From positions 186,186,001 to 186,250,000 of the forward strand of contig OX597815.1 of the NCBI GenBank assembly GCA_951406725.2: a stretch of DNA of 64,000 bases. The letters are read 5' to 3'. The position numbers and the translations under genes were made by a program. Below the pieces are notes generated by a model. It was not told the origin of the DNA. It saw only the letters and a list, made by a program, of their open reading frames with translations, and ran no database searches. This DNA comes from Octopus vulgaris (Eukaryota). How positions within the stretch are numbered: the first letter of the stretch is position 1; every line of letters begins with the position of its first letter. Shown here in pieces: positions 14,441 through 29,253 of the stretch.

Positions 14441-16360
14441 AAAGCAATATATACATATGATTTGCTACCTGTTAGCAATGAGCCAATAATCATTTTTCCT
14501 TTATATACATGTATGTAATATTCCCCGCACATTTATTTAAATTCTTGGAAAAGTTTGTTCACTTAATATGTAATACGTATCACTGAATCTAAGACAGTGT
14601 CACGATAAAAAGTATGTTGGGTATATTACATTTATGCAAATCAGTAATGTAGCTACTATTTCCCTATCACTCATACACGATGGATCATACATGATTATTA
14701 TTAGCATTATGATTATTATCATGCATAATGGATTATACATGATACATAACTCAATGACCAGTTATTTGCTTTCCTGAACCAATCGGTAAATCACATGTGG
14801 GGATTCATTTAACTCTTACGAAAGTAACGAATCCTCTCAATCATTATTACTTATTACTAGCATCTAATCTCTTATATCTCTTTACATTTACCTCCTTCCT
14901 TCATGATGTGAAAACCAAAATGGAAGTAGTAAGAGCTTTACGTGTTGTAGTAGTATAAATACACACGAATTACTACAACTTTTGCAGCTGCAGGCATTAT
15001 TAGTAGCAACAACAGTAGGTGACTTATAGTTGATTAGTAATTGTCTCCGAAATAGAATAGCTGATACAATGGCAAATACACAGATAATCATATCTCTGCT
15101 GAATTATTCTAAGGAATGGTATAAGCACTGAATAGAAAATATATTAAAAACTAACACAATGCAGTCAAAGATGTTGATAGCAAACACCCCAAAACAAGTT
15201 AGGCAATGATAAGAGATACAACGCTATCGCAAATGGCTTCATAGCTTTAATATCATATGTAAAAAAAAAAAATCCTCTTTTAGTGAATGAGGCGCCACTA
15301 TAAATGTAATAATATATGTAATCAACATTTTGTTGATAGAGCTTTATGATGATAATTCAAGATAGACATTTCAGAATTCCATAGGAATTTGTATGGTTTT
15401 TCGCTAATGAAGATAAAACTTTAAGTCAATATTTCTGTTTGATTTTCACTTGATAATTGCTTTTAAAAAGAAAGAAAATCAAGAAAATTGTTTAATTTAA
15501 TATTTCTTTTTTCATTCCTGTTTCTTTTGGTTCTCCCAAGATTTAATGTTTTGAAATGAATAATAAACAGTGCACTTCCCTAGGGGTTTATTTGTAGAAA
15601 CATTAGAGTGAAAATACTTTGCATCACACGCAAAAGTTTGTTCCTTGTTAGGCTTGAAAGTCTTTACAGCATCCTGCAGATGTTTATATCCTTTCTGTAC
15701 TCTTTACTCTTTAAACATCATTGTGTAGAAATATCAACCTCATAGTGTAGATATTACCTTCACAAACAAATATTTTCTGTCTGTTATGTATGATAATTTT
15801 GCAGATAGTTTTTCCTGAAAACATACGCAAGGAAACGAGTCGTGAAGAAGGAAGTCGTTAACATAAAGTTCATTTTGCATTCTTATGAAAATTAAATGCT
15901 TTATTGTTGAGTCTCCAAGGTCTAACCAAATGTACTAAAAAAACAGAAAAGCGCACTCGTTAATGGTTTCCGAGGAAATTGTTTATAATAAAGTTTAAAT
16001 GTTACAGTTCTTAGATAAATATAAATTTTCTAAATGTTTTTCCTAATAAATTTACTTTTTTTTTTCTGATAAGATATTTGTACACTCAATACTCGTGCGA
16101 ATGTGTAATTATTAGTATATTATTTTAGAAAAACTAAACATTTCTTCACACAATAATATTTTCCGTGTGCTAGCTGCAAAATGAAAGCGTCATCACTGCG
16201 CACAGAGAACAGTGTTCCTAATATTAGCAGAAATCCAAAAATGTTGGAGTACATTTTATGATCGCTTTTGCTGATGCCAGTATCTGACGGGCAGTATATC
16301 GTATCGAACATGGATGGAGAAAAAACAATCTTCACCTTGGTGATTTATGAAGTCAAACAT

Positions 16361-16593
16361 ATATTTCTTTACTACCCACAAGGGGCTAAACACAGAGGGG
16401 ACAAACAAGGACAGACAAACGGATTAAGTTGATTACATCGACCCCAGTACACAACTGGTACTTAGTTTATCGACCCCGAAAGGATGAAAGGCAAAGTCGA
16501 CCTCGGTGGAATTTGAACTCAAAACATAACGGCAGACGAAATACGGCTATGCATTTCGCCCAGCGTGCTAACGTTTCTGCCAGCTTGCCGCCT
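16361..16593 (-). mobile_element. Group A SINE monomer
   Basis: Matches 1308-1536 along its length. Confidence 0.85.
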
Positions 16594-17029
16594 TTATAAA
16601 CTCAAATATAGCTGTCGTAACTAAAACTATTTAGACTTTAGACTTTATGTTACGATTCTCAGACTACTCCGCTTTCGAAGTAATATCATCTGCAACTAAA
16701 ACTCCATCTTTGGTTTGTTTGGAGCAGATTCTAAACGTCTACTGTTAGAAAATATGTCGAACGCATTTTACTTGTACTATACCTTGAAGTAACATTAAAC
16801 TATAAAATGATAAAAATAAAGGTAGATCCACATGGATACCGACTGCATTTCGATTGATGATGCAGATTTTGAATACAGAGTGGTTTTGGTAGTGAAAGCC
16901 TCTTAGAGCCATAAAAGCCTAATTTTATTGTATTGCTAAAGAGTCAGAAGAGAATCTAATTTCAGGACTTTCCAACGTCCCACCCTTTCATTCAATACGT
17001 TATAAAATATCTACGTAATAACATGCTGG

Positions 17030-17270
17030 TGAAGGCGCTGGCCAAGTGGTTAAGTGTATTATACTTATGGTGATAAGGTCGTCGTTTCGATTCCCGGACA
17101 GCGCGGTGTTGTGTGTTCTTGAGCAGAATCTTTCATTTCAGGCCACTGAGCTGTAAGTAGGTAACCTCGCGACTGATTTTATGTCCCGTTCGGGGTTGGT
17201 GTAAGAGTTGTAATCTCGGTCACATATGCACCATAGAATCCGAGTAACTGACCTTATGATTCGGGATCTT
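17030..17270 (+). mobile_element. Old tRNA-derived SINE
   Basis: tggccaagtggtt A-box, gtttcgattccc B-box, tgtgttcttgagcag CORE-like motif. Confidence 0.55.
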
Positions 17271-18609
17271 CAGAAAATACTGAACAATATTCTGTCATAA
17301 TTTTGTGAACTTCAAGCTTCATTAATTATATTTTTCTTGTGGTAGAATAATTTAGTTATTATAGCAAACAGTTGACACATTCGATTTCAGTATATACCTT
17401 GACATGTTTAGAGTATAATAATGCAAATTAAAACTCGTTTGTAAAATGTGCTCGGTTTTTTGTTGAACTCAGTTTTTCTAAACAGATTTTCAATTTTTAA
17501 AAATATTTTCTTCAACTCAGTTGTTACAAAGAGAGCTTCAATTGTGACAAATAATGTAGCAGGGACCCAGCAATATTGAAGCATAATCTCAAAAAGTGGA
17601 AACTATTTAAAGAGAAATTAAGTTGATCAGTTAACTAGGAAACGAATTCTCGGAAATTAAACCACTTGAGAAATATATATTCTTCCTGAAAATTCACTAA
17701 TTCCGTCTGTCTTCCCCATTCTTTGCTCTTGCGATTGAAGCCTATTGCGAAGCAAAGCCAACTTGTTGCATTTCAAATTCGTTTCTGTAGCAGTAAGGTG
17801 ACACAAAAATGAAATCTGTATCGTGACAAATGTAAACAGAAATCTATTAAATTAAATTGTGTAAATATATCACATAAGCACTGGTTATATTGATTTTGTG
17901 TGTTTATTTTTAAATGATGCAATGTGTAGGATTTTATTACGGAAATTGCATTGAAATATTTTAGTTTCAAAGAATACACAATATGTTGATGGAAAACGAA
18001 TTTTCCGTGGTTGCAATTTAAGCTGTCAATGAACCGAATCTGTATAATATTATAATATAAATGTTTAACCATTACGGTGAATACTAAGACAACAAACACT
18101 TAATTGAGACAGTAAATATTTTAAAACTATAAATAGTGAACAATATTTGAAACGGTAGAACATTAAAGTAATCGTTCGCTGTGTAAACATTACAAATAAA
18201 GACGCGATAATCGATCCTATAATAATACTGATACGAACTGTATGCCTTCAGAAATGGTGGAAGCGACACTTCGACTTAAGTAATATTATATGAGGAGAAT
18301 GAGGTTAGTGAGCTAGATATAACCAGAGACATAAAGTCCACAGTTTTTCTAACTCGACAATTTTGATACTCTGAGAAAAATATTGATTTAGCATAAAATT
18401 TTAAGAGAGGTTTATTCATATTTGTACAAAATTAAATTCTGTAAATCACGTTTTTTTTTATTGTTGTTGTTTTTTTATGTAATTCCATTAATTTTCCCGA
18501 TGTTGCAATTTTATTTGGGGAAGAGATGTTACCATGGTATTGTTAAATGTAATGACAAGAATTGCGATTGGCCGGTATCAATGTTTCGAAACGTATACGT
18601 ACTTTTGTA

Positions 18610-19535
18610 CGAGTTGGAATTTGTAAATTTATTCTTGTTTATATTTGTAATTTTGCAGTTATTTATATCTATAATTTTGTCCCTGTTTATATTTATAATT
18701 TTGTACTTGTTTATATTTATAATTTTGTCCTTGTTTATATTTATAATTTTGTCCTTGTTTATATTTGTAAATTTGTACTTGTTTATATTTATAATTTTGT
18801 CCTTGTTTATATTTATAATTTTGTCCTTGATTATATTTATAATTTTGTCCTTGATTATATTCATAATTTTGTCCTTGTTTGTATTTGTAATTTTGTACTT
18901 GTTTATATTTATAATTTTGTCCTTGTTTATATTTGTAATTTTGTCCTTGTTTATATTTGTAATTTTTTCCTTGTTTATATTTGTAATTTTGTACTTGTTT
19001 ATATTTATAATTTTGTTCTTGTTTATATTTGTAATTTTGTACTTGTTTATATTTATAATTTTGTCCTTGTTTATATTTGTAATTTTGTCCTTGTTTATAT
19101 TTGTAATTTTGTCCTTGTTTATATTTATAATTTTTTCCTTGTTTATATTTGTAATTTTGTACTTGTTTATATTTATAATTTTGTCCTTGTTTATATTTGT
19201 AATTTTGTCCTTGTTTATATTTATAATTTTGTCCTTGTTTATAATTTTGTACTTGTTTGTATTTATAATTTTGTCCTTGTTTATATTTATAATTTTGTCT
19301 TTGTTTATATTTATAATTTTGTACTTGTTTATATTTATAATTTTATACTTGTTTATATTTGTAATTTTGTCCTTGTTTATATTTATAATTTTGTACTTGT
19401 TTATATTTATAATTTTGTACTTGCTTATATATGTAATTTTGCAGGTATTTATATTTATAATTTTGTCCTTGTTTATATTTATAATTTTGTACTTGTTTAT
19501 ATTTGTAATTTTGTACTTGTTTATATCGTAATTTT
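18610..19535. repeat. 24-bp minisatellite, about 38 units
   Basis: Unit ttgtttatattt(a/g)taattttgt(c/a)c. Source of the long low-complexity ORFs at 18422-19623. Confidence 0.95.
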
Positions 19536-20430
19536 TTATACACATCCACAGAATCTAGAAAAGACCGGAGCAGTTGTAACGCGAAACTTTTGTATTTACA
19601 CAAGATCATACACGAGGCTCTGATCCAATTTCATGCAACAAGAAATATAAATTACAAGGGAGAAACATAATAGACTCTAATGCTATTGTTTATATGGCTT
19701 TTACAAGCATAAGATTTGGCTTCGAATTTCTTTAAATGAATAGAACAACAGAAATGATAACAGGACTTCATTTGGATGGAATACGTGAGATTGCTCGGAC
19801 TGAAAATGTATTCGTCTATATCTAACGTATTTTATAAAGTGAAGAGAAATTCCCATTGTGCACAAGAAGCAGAACAGACAACTGGAAAAGTATTAGTGTT
19901 TCTCATTGTATATTTAATTAATATTTTGTCAACTCGGACTGATAAAAACATTCCTCTCAGTCAATTATAGAATATAGAAATACGTAGGTATAATTGTGTT
20001 ATTTCAATAGAAAGAAATGCTTAAGAATTTCAAGAATTATACTTTGCCTTAGATTATAGTTAGAGTAAGGTATTCTGTGAAACCTAATGCATACACTATA
20101 ATAACTGTAGTTTGTTCTCTTTTTTGTTTTCGTTCTCGATATATTTTATCAAAATACAATTGTTGGAAAAGTATAAGAAATATTATCTAACACGTAAACG
20201 AAAACCCGAAGCGCATACAGAAATATATTACGTAATTCAGTTGGAATGTTTAATTGTATAAAAGGATTTAAATCCTGCGTACATAGGCAGTTGTTTGTAA
20301 AAATACAAATGCATTAAAATGAGTGTATGAACACACGCGCAGGCAAACGCATATTCATACATACCACGAAAACACGTACGCATACACACGTATGTATATA
20401 TATATATATATTTGTTTGTGTTAATTTGTT

Positions 20431-20507
<77 letters not shown>

Positions 20508-20520
20508 GATAGATAGATAG

Positions 20521-20564
<44 letters not shown>

Positions 20565-20969
20565 ATTTTTATTCATCGTATATCAGGAATTTCTTGTGAA
20601 ATACATAACTGCAACAACATTTTAAAAGGAAACGCAATCACCGTCTTTGAGGTGTGGTGAAAAATATCCCTGAAAAATATTATAATCTAATTTATTTTAA
20701 TCAAATGATTTTCTCTTCTATTTTTTATTATGCTCCTAAGTAATTATTTACAACAATGAAAAAATGAAATGTGTTTTGTTTTAAAGAATTACAAAAAGTA
20801 TATCAGAAATAATCAATAATTTAATTATTTTTTTACTAGACGGATTTTATTAATTTTACTATTTATCTAAGAACTACAAATATCAGTATGATTTTTCAGT
20901 TCTTATTTTGTTTCTAGGTATAAGTAGTAAGCTATGTCCATTACAAAAATAGCTGCTTATTGAAAGTAT

Positions 20970-21068
20970 TACTACTATTCACAAGGCTGTGTTTTGTCTC
21001 GTGGTCTTAAGCCACGATACTACTATTCACAAGGCTGTGTTTTGTCTCGTGGTCTTAAGCCACGATAC
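20970..21068. repeat. Perfect 48-bp tandem duplication
   Basis: tactactattcacaaggctgtgttttgtctcgtggtcttaagccacga occurs twice in a row. Confidence 0.93.
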
Positions 21069-21985
21069 GATCTTATTCCATTGTTCCCATTTCTGATTAA
21101 TAATTGAAATTAATAAAATACATATGTTGCTATTAAGAAAGCCAACTGCCTGAATAATTTTATTTTATTTTATTCTTACCCGTATGCTGCGAATTTGTGC
21201 CAAACACAGTGCACCATATTTAAAGAGATGGTGTTTTCAGCTGTGGTTATTATATATTTACACATTTCAACACAAACGGGGTATATTTACCATTTGGGAA
21301 ATAATTCATTTTATACGAAAGGGTCACTCATAGCAAACAACTTAGCACTTACTTGACTTGTATTACAAAGGTGAAAACAAGAAATCATAATTGAATTATA
21401 TTCCCTCCGTGAATTCTTTCTATCGTTGTTTTTTAGTTTTAAATTATTTTAAACTTTCGGTTAAAATTTGCAGGTAAAATATGTTGGTAGGTGAACACTA
21501 GATCAAAAGGGCATTGATCTCTATATCGCTGCCTTCGTGATGTCGAGGACTGGGAATCCCAATGTGTCTGCCTTTAACGAATTTATTTGGGTAGATTTGT
21601 TACTGGGTGGAATCTGTACAAAAATTTATATAAAGAAATATGCTAAAATATGTAACATCTTCCATAACTTTGAAAAGTTTCATAAGAATATATTACAAAG
21701 CTTTGTTGTCTGCAATCCGTTTGTGTTTGAGATCATTTCTATGCGGCAGTCGACCACCGGTTTCAGCAATAAAATATAATCGCTATATAAACAGACACGT
21801 GAACAGACAAGTGAATAGACAAGTGCTTTTTCTTACAATGTCAATTTGTCACCCTGAAAACGTTATATATTTATTATATCTTGCTCATTCTTTCGCTATT
21901 AGCTGTAATTGCTTCCAGTTCAGTTAGACATGAAATTTAGCGGGAAACACTTTAATTAATTTTGGCGATACAAATTTCTTTTTAG

Positions 21986-22163
21986 TGGAGGCACATGGCC
22001 CAGTGCTTAGAGCAGCAGACTCGCGGTCGAGGGAACGCGGGTACAAATTGCAGACCGGGCAATGTGTGTTTATTTATGAGCGAAACACCTAAGCTCCACG
22101 CGGCTCCGGCAGAAGATAATGGCGAACTTCTGCTGACTCTTTCGCCACAACTTTCTCCCACTC
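21986..22163 (+). mobile_element. Group B SINE, 5' part
   Basis: ggaggcacatggcccagtgcttagagcagcagactcgcggtc head. Confidence 0.8.
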
Positions 22164-23464
22164 CAGTGTCATCGACACAAGAAATACGAATTCTTGAGAA
22201 TCTTATTGTTTGGTCAATTTACCCCCCACAAGCTTCCTCAAAATACTTGTTTACGATTTTTATCGTATGATCTCAGATGGTTTGTATAATAATATCGTTC
22301 GTCTACCGAACTTTTCCATTACATCATGAAATCAACAAGGAAGTTGTTAGTCACAGATATTTGTCTTGGAATTGAGAAAACAATATGAAAGATTGAAAAT
22401 CAGATATTTTCTTCCAGTTATGCTAACACTATTTTCAATCTTTCAATGCTTGTATAGCGAGTCAGGGAGCCCTAGTTTCTTGTTGCGTATTAACACGGTT
22501 GTGCTATAGCAATTTCAGCTATTGGAGTCCGCTGTTAAATAAATATATTTAAGCAATATTTGATATTGCTCTTGAATAAAATTATTTTTCATTCTTTATT
22601 TTTACTTCATTTTTGCTATTTACCCTATAAGCTATACTAAGAATTTGATTCAAGAATATGTTGCCTGCTAAAAACTAATGAACGTATGTAACGGATTTCA
22701 CGTGTATTCTCCCTCAAAATTCCGTGACAAGGGTCGTTCGTCAACTTGTCGTTACAAAGAACGCAATGGGGCATAGTGACCGACATAATTTCCATTCATT
22801 AAATGAGACAAACTTTTGAATTGAATGCGCAAAATGCTCGTTTTACTATTAAAAATGTGTGTTGAAGTGTTAACAGATAACTAGAAACATTCATGAGGAA
22901 TTGTTTGGCATTACAAAATGTACTTTAGTAAACATCGCTTTCAAACCCGACTATGTTTTATGAGGCTCTTAAATTATTTAACACTATATGTTGTTTATAT
23001 AATTTACGGTTGATCACGCCCGTTAGATTTCTAACCTACAGTGGATACTTAAAATAAATACACAACATGGTTGTTGGTTTAATATAGCAGACAATTTCTG
23101 AAACGATATTTACGAATCTTTGTTGCTCACCAGAGATATATTTAAATGATACATTAATTAATGTTATGCGATATATTATTCGTAAAGTAATTTGATACTT
23201 TCAGAATATATAACTCAGCCTTCCTATCTGTATGTCTTCAGGCTGTATCGAACAATATGGTTTCTATTTCTATGTCTTGGAGCTGTATTGATGTTTATTG
23301 GCCTATAGGCCAATAAACATTGCGTTCCACTATTTATAGTTATTTTCATATCCCTCTGCTTGATTTTATACAGAAGTTTGGATTCCCAAGTGAAATATTT
23401 CGAAAAGTCGATTCAATACATGTTGAAATCCTTCCAATTTTCTCACATGATTAATTTCTAAATG

Positions 23465-23848
23465 TGGAGGCGCAATGGCCCAGTGGTGAGGGTAGCGGAC
23501 TTGTGGTCATAGGATCGCGGTTTCGATTCCCAGATCGGCGATGTGAGTGTTTATTTAGTGAAATAACCTAAAGCTCTATTAAGCTCCGGCAGGGATGGTG
23601 GTGGCGAACTCTGCTGTATTGTTTCACCCCAACTTTCTCTCACTCTTTCTTCCTGTTTCCATTGTAGCTGTATTTCAAAGAACCAGCCTTGTCACACTCT
23701 ATCACGCTGAATCTCCCCGAGGACTACGTTAACGGTACACGTGTCTGTGGAGTGCTCAGCCACTTGCACGTTAATTTCACGAGCAGGCCGTTCCATTGAT
23801 TGGATCAACTGGAACCCTCGTCGTCGCAACCAACGGAGTGCCACGACG
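23465..23848 (+). mobile_element. Group B SINE, tail type 1
   Basis: Matches 5100-5480. Flanking direct repeat aatttctaaatg. Confidence 0.85.
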
Positions 23849-23949
23849 AATTTCTAAATGAAGAGAAAACTATAGAGTTTTATGGTTATATGCATTTAGT
23901 TCCTTGCCAAACTTTGGGAAGTATAACACGTGTACCTGGTATATATAAT

Positions 23950-24251
23950 TGTTCTTTGTTTGTTCCTTCTCGAGCCATGCCTGGCTCATAAGGGCCGGTT
24001 TTCCGGTTTCCTTGGCGTATAGAATTCCTCACCTGGACGGGACGCCGGTCCGTCGCAGGTGAGCTGCAAGATGCAGGAAGAAAGAGTGAAAGTAACAAAG
24101 ATTCGTAAATATTCGCCATTACCTGCTGCCGGAGTCGCGTGTAGCGTAGGTGTTTCGCTCATAAGCACACACATCACTCGGTCTGAGATTCGAACCCACG
24201 ATTCCTCGTCCGCGAATCCACTGCTCTAAACACTAGGTCATATGCCTCCAC
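23950..24251 (-). mobile_element. Group B SINE, tail type 2
   Basis: Matches 683-969. Confidence 0.8.
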
Positions 24252-24301
24252 TATATCTAATTAATTTGTTTAAAAAGTTCGGCCGGTGTGCTAACGTTCC
24301 T

Positions 24302-24531
24302 TATTTCTTTATTGCCCACAAGAGACTAAACATAGAGGGGACAAACAAGGACAGACAAACGAATTAAGTCGATTATATCGACCCCAGTGCGTAACGGCTA
24401 CTTAATTTATCAACCCCGGAAGGGTGAAAGCAAAGCCGACCTCGGCGGAATTTCAACTCAGAATGTAAAGACAGACGAAATGCCGTTAAACATTTCGCCC
24501 GACTTGCTAACGTTTCTGCCAGCTCGCCGCC
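24302..24531 (-). mobile_element. Group A SINE monomer
   Basis: Matches 1308-1536. Confidence 0.82.
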
Positions 24532-24768
24532 TTACATATATCGACAATATTACAATTATACTTCTCAAGCTTTTCTGTCATTTTTAATATAAAGTCATTT
24601 AGACTCTTGAGACTTCATGGTTTTCAGTTATCGCCGTGTGTCTCAATATATACAGGGGCCTGCAAAACTTGATGTAACACGGAAACCGAATTAAACTGCT
24701 TCAAATAATACATGCAACTCCTACTATATGCATTGAGTATGTTTTGCTTTGTTTGTCCATTCACTTGT

Positions 24769-24869
<101 letters not shown>

Positions 24870-25691
24870 GATAGATAGATATTTGTATATATATATATAT
24901 ATATAAAGTATATAAATGTATATATATATATATATATATGTTTTCTTTTGTGTCTATGAAATTTTGCGGATGGACGTTAATATTCTTTAGTAAAGTCACC
25001 TGTGGTGTTACCTGTACTTTTCGTCTCTTTCGAGGCTGATTAAATATGTACTGTAAAATTCTAACGTCAATTTAATCTTGTACACCTTTCGCAATGAATG
25101 CGTGACCTTCGACCTCTCTTAGAAACGGTAATTAGGTTGTGCTGCCTTTACCTTTCATCCTTTTCGACTAGACTAAACTCGTTAGTACCTGTGAAGTCCG
25201 ATGTTAATTGCCTGAATCTTTACTCTGAAAGCTTTAAGCATGACGATTGTTACAAATCGTTCTAAGGTTACTGGGATTAATAGAACGATTCCAAATATTA
25301 GTTCTGAATAATTTCCGATATGAATAGATATTATCTGCAGCTGTAAATATCTCGAAACTAGACAATATATATTTAGCGTTAGGCTGATTGAAAGAAATAT
25401 AGTATATGAGATTCTTGTAGTATTTTGAATTTCATAACAAATGTATTTCGAAGAAAATTTCAAACTTTAGTGTCATATGTACTTAGATTAAATTAAGTGC
25501 ACTTTCGAACACGATAATGCATAATTAAATCAATATCCAGTATCAGTATTTCACTCTACAGTAGAGACAGAAATATTATTAATACTGAGAGGTGATTTTT
25601 ATCTGCACTTAGACGTGGATGTTCTATTAGAACGAGTTATACTGCGGTAGTTACCAGGAGAGAAATTCTCATATTGCTTTTTGGTGCAAAA

Positions 25692-25982
25692 GGTAAAACG
25701 ACAACCGTCGCCCTTATCAAGCCTAACCAGGCTTATGGTCCCGGTTTCCCGGTTTCTGTGGCGTACTTGTTCCCCACAGCTTGACGGGACGCCAGTCCAT
25801 CGCAGCAGAGAAAGTTGTGGCGAAAGAGTACAACAGGGATCGCCACTACCCCCAGCAAGAGTCTCGTGGAGGCTTAGGCGTTTTCGCTTAATAAACACAC
25901 ACAACGCCCGGTCTGGGAATCGAAACCGCGATCCTTCGACCGCGAGTCCGCTGCGCTCACCACTGGACCATTGCGCCTCCAC
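25692..25982 (-). mobile_element. Group B SINE, tail type 2 variant
   Basis: Group B head. Flanking direct repeat ggtgcaaaa. Confidence 0.8.
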
Positions 25983-26636
25983 GGTGCAAAATGTACTCTC
26001 GTTTATATCGCTTGTGGGGAGATAAATTAGTCAGATAGCTTGTTCAAAACTATATATTAGTGATAGAGTCTTGGCGCTGTCAATCCAAGTATCACCGACG
26101 GGTAGATGAATGGCAGCTGTCTCTAGTGGTCGGGTGTCCATCATTGTGAAGACCAAACAAAGTCGAAATCATGTGATCTGGTGGTTTCGACGCTGGAGAT
26201 AGTGCAAATTTATCTCTCCGCTTGCAATATAAACGTGAGGGCATTTTGTACCAAAACATCCCTACAACAATTCCTCTCATGCTAACTACAGCAGTAGTTT
26301 GTTTTAATAAACCATCCACTTTTAAGTAGGAATAGATATTACAATTTAACCCTCCAAAAATTATATTTCCAGTTTTTTTAATCTTAAACCGATATTCAGA
26401 ATTGACAGTAATACTGTTTGTAAGAATTACATTTGATCCCACCTTCGTTTTCTTTTAAGAAATGAAAAATCCTTGATACTTAGCTTTGTATCAATCATAA
26501 TTTATTTAAAGAATTTAATTTTCTCTAAAGTATTAACTACAAATTTCAGAGATTAAGAGGCAAGAGTACCTCAAAGCAATAAGAAGATATGTTTCTAATA
26601 AAGAAACAATCCTGGATGCATAAGATAAAGCGATAA

Positions 26637-26831
26637 ATATTAATAGTTGTCGCCAAGCTAATATGGCAGTCCAGAAATATAGAACGAATGCTGCCGTTGA
26701 TTAGCTCCAAGAGGCCATCGCCTCTAGCTAGCTATGTGACTAGCTAGCGATGAACTCTTGGAGCTAATCAACGGCAGCATTCGTCCTATATTTCTGGATT
26801 GTCATATTAGCTTGGTGATAACTATTAATAT
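26637..26831. repeat. ~195-bp fold-back inverted repeat
   Basis: atattaatagttgtcgccaagctaatatggcagtccagaaatatagaacgaatgctgccgttgattagctccaagag pairs with its reverse complement ending at 26831. Confidence 0.9.
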
Positions 26832-27169
26832 CCAGTACCACTGCCGTAGTCTCCTTTAGAGAGACTTAGAAATATTAATATTTCTATAAAAGATAAAGCA
26901 ACTATGAATATCATTGATCTCAGATACACATGTGTTAACATGTTTATAATTATTCAGAACCTTGGACACTTTTCTTTAGCATATGGATTATTGCATATTT
27001 AACAACGTAGTTCCTTTTTAGAGGTAATTTACGAAATAAAATGTTGAATACTGAATGCATAGTGTGAACCTGAACAATAAATACTCACACACATATATAC
27101 ACATACATTTATATATATTCATAAATACATATACATATATGTATATGTAAATATATATATATATATATA

Positions 27170-27476
27170 TCTTTATATATAAAATTGAAGTTGTGTGTGT
27201 GAGACTCTGTCTCCTCCGATTTAGATTCCTAACTACTCCCACATTTTGCGGTGCAGTTTAACCAAAAGCGGGTATCTTAAAGTCGTCATTCATATCGAGC
27301 CCTTCTGCGTATTCGCGTGCGTCTACGATGAGTCTACGATTTTAAAAAATATTTACCATCATTTTTCCGCAATTTTAATGATTTTTGCTCGGGTTATATA
27401 AGGGAAGTAACTCGCTAAAAATGCTTATATAGTTATTTCCCTTACAAACCCGAGCAACGCCGGGCGATACTGCTAG
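27170..27476 (+). mobile_element. Non-autonomous Helitron
   Basis: 5' TC start, 3' hairpin cccgagcaacgccggg, CTAG end, inserted between A and T with no TSD. Second copy at 32680. Confidence 0.8.
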
Positions 27477-27565
27477 TATATATATTCATACATACATACA
27501 CACATACATACATACATACATACATACATACATACATACATACATACATACATACATACATACAT

Positions 27566-28428
27566 AGAAGGTGAGTGAAAAGTAAGTAGGCATTAAAAAT
27601 TGGTCATAAAATCCATATTCCTTTTACAGTTTTATTGAAACAAATGTTACATGTTCTTTCTTACATGGGAAAATGAAAGTAAATTTTCATATTTCAACGT
27701 AAGTACCACTGGCGTTAACCAGTTTCCTCAAATGGCCAGGGTTGGAATGAACGAACCAAGGACGTCATCTGGGATATCATTGAAAACCCCCTGAATCCGT
27801 GTCTCCAAGTCCTCCAGAGTGCGAGGTTTTGTCTTGTACATGTCCTCTTTTGTGTAACCCCACAGGTAAAAATCACATAGAGTGAGATCTGGACTCCCTG
27901 TACTTCTGGACTTCTACGGTCACAGTCTTCAGGTTTTAGCTCCGGCAGGCATGGTACAGCACCTTACGTATTGTGTGTCTTGTTAGCCCACTTTCACGAG
28001 CTGCTTGACCTGTTGATCTTTGTGGGCTGCGATTACACATTTCCTGCACTGTTGCCACGTGTTCCATTAATCGAGATATGGTTGGACGGCCACTTCTTAC
28101 ATCGTTCACAGAGCCCGTGGTCATCAGCTTTGCATGACGACTTTTTATTGTTTTTGAACATAGATTTGCATGCTTACATTTCCATGCACGCCAACATCTC
28201 TGGACTAAAACAATGGAATTCCACCCTTCAAAGCGTGCTGCTATCTTAGTGCGCTTCTAAACAGTCAAGCGACCGGCCGTCTGGAAATTAAGAGATAGGA
28301 AATAAGACAATAAGAAAATAAGAAATCCCCATTAGTGTTGTCTGTTTAAAAAAATGTTTTCGTCACGACTTGAGTGATACTAAAAATTCTATATTTTTAA
28401 TGCTGAGTTACTTTACATCACCATGTAT
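27566..28428 (-). mobile_element. Internally deleted Tc1/mariner transposon
   Basis: Minus-strand HTH segment TGSVNDVRSGRP...SPQRSTGQAARESGLTRHTIRKVL. C-terminal SPDLTLCDFYLWGYTKEDMYKTKPRTLEDL at ~27895-27800. Degenerate TIRs (ggtga...aaagtaa...gcattaaaaat) at both ends. Confidence 0.82.
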
Positions 28429-28438
28429 ACATACATAT

Positions 28439-28846
28439 AGGCGCAGGAGTGGATGTGTGGTAAGTAGCTTGCTTACCAACCACATGGTTCCGGGTTCAGT
28501 CCCACTGCGTGGCACCTTGGACAAATGTCTTCTTCTACAGCCTCGGGCCGACCAAAGCCTTGTGAGTGGATTTGGTAGACGGAAACTGAAAGAAGCCCGT
28601 CATATATATGTATATGTATATACATGTGTGTGTGTGTGTTCGTGTGTTTGTCCCCCCCAAAATCGCTTGACAACCTATGCTGGTGTGTTTACGTCCCCGT
28701 AACTTAGCGGTTCGACCAAAGAGACCAATAGAATAAGTACTAGGCTTACAAAGAATAAGTCCTGGGGTCGATTTGCTCTACTTCAGGCGGTTCGCCAGCA
28801 TGGCCACAGTCAAATGACTGAAACAAGTAAAAGAGTAAAAGAGTAT
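28439..28846 (+). mobile_element. Group C SINE, intact
   Basis: aggcgcaggagtgg.tgtgtggtaag head, gggttcagtccc B-box, ggcaccttgg..aa.tgtcttc CORE-like motif, internal (TA)/(TG), (taaaagag)n tail. Confidence 0.88.
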
Positions 28847-28959
28847 AAGAGTATACAATTCGAAGTCACTATCATAGATTTATACGTTATAAAAGTATAG
28901 AGCAACCAACCAGATGAATGCAGAATTGTTTTTATTATAACTGAACATAACAGCAAGGT

Positions 28960-29022
<63 letters not shown>

Positions 29023-29190
29023 ATGTATATATATGTGTGTGTGTGTATACATACATACACATTGTGAGAATATATGATTTCATTTACATATGTAGATATA
29101 TGTGTGAGACATAAAATGAAAATCAATGCACAATGTTGGAGAAAGTTTTTCCCAGAAAAAGGAATAATCTTAACTCTGAACACAGGCACA

Positions 29191-29253
<63 letters not shown>

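Noticed and set aside
18422-19623. Three ORFs of 338-369 aa
   Set aside because: They are translations of a 24-bp minisatellite, open on both strands, with no protein-like complexity.
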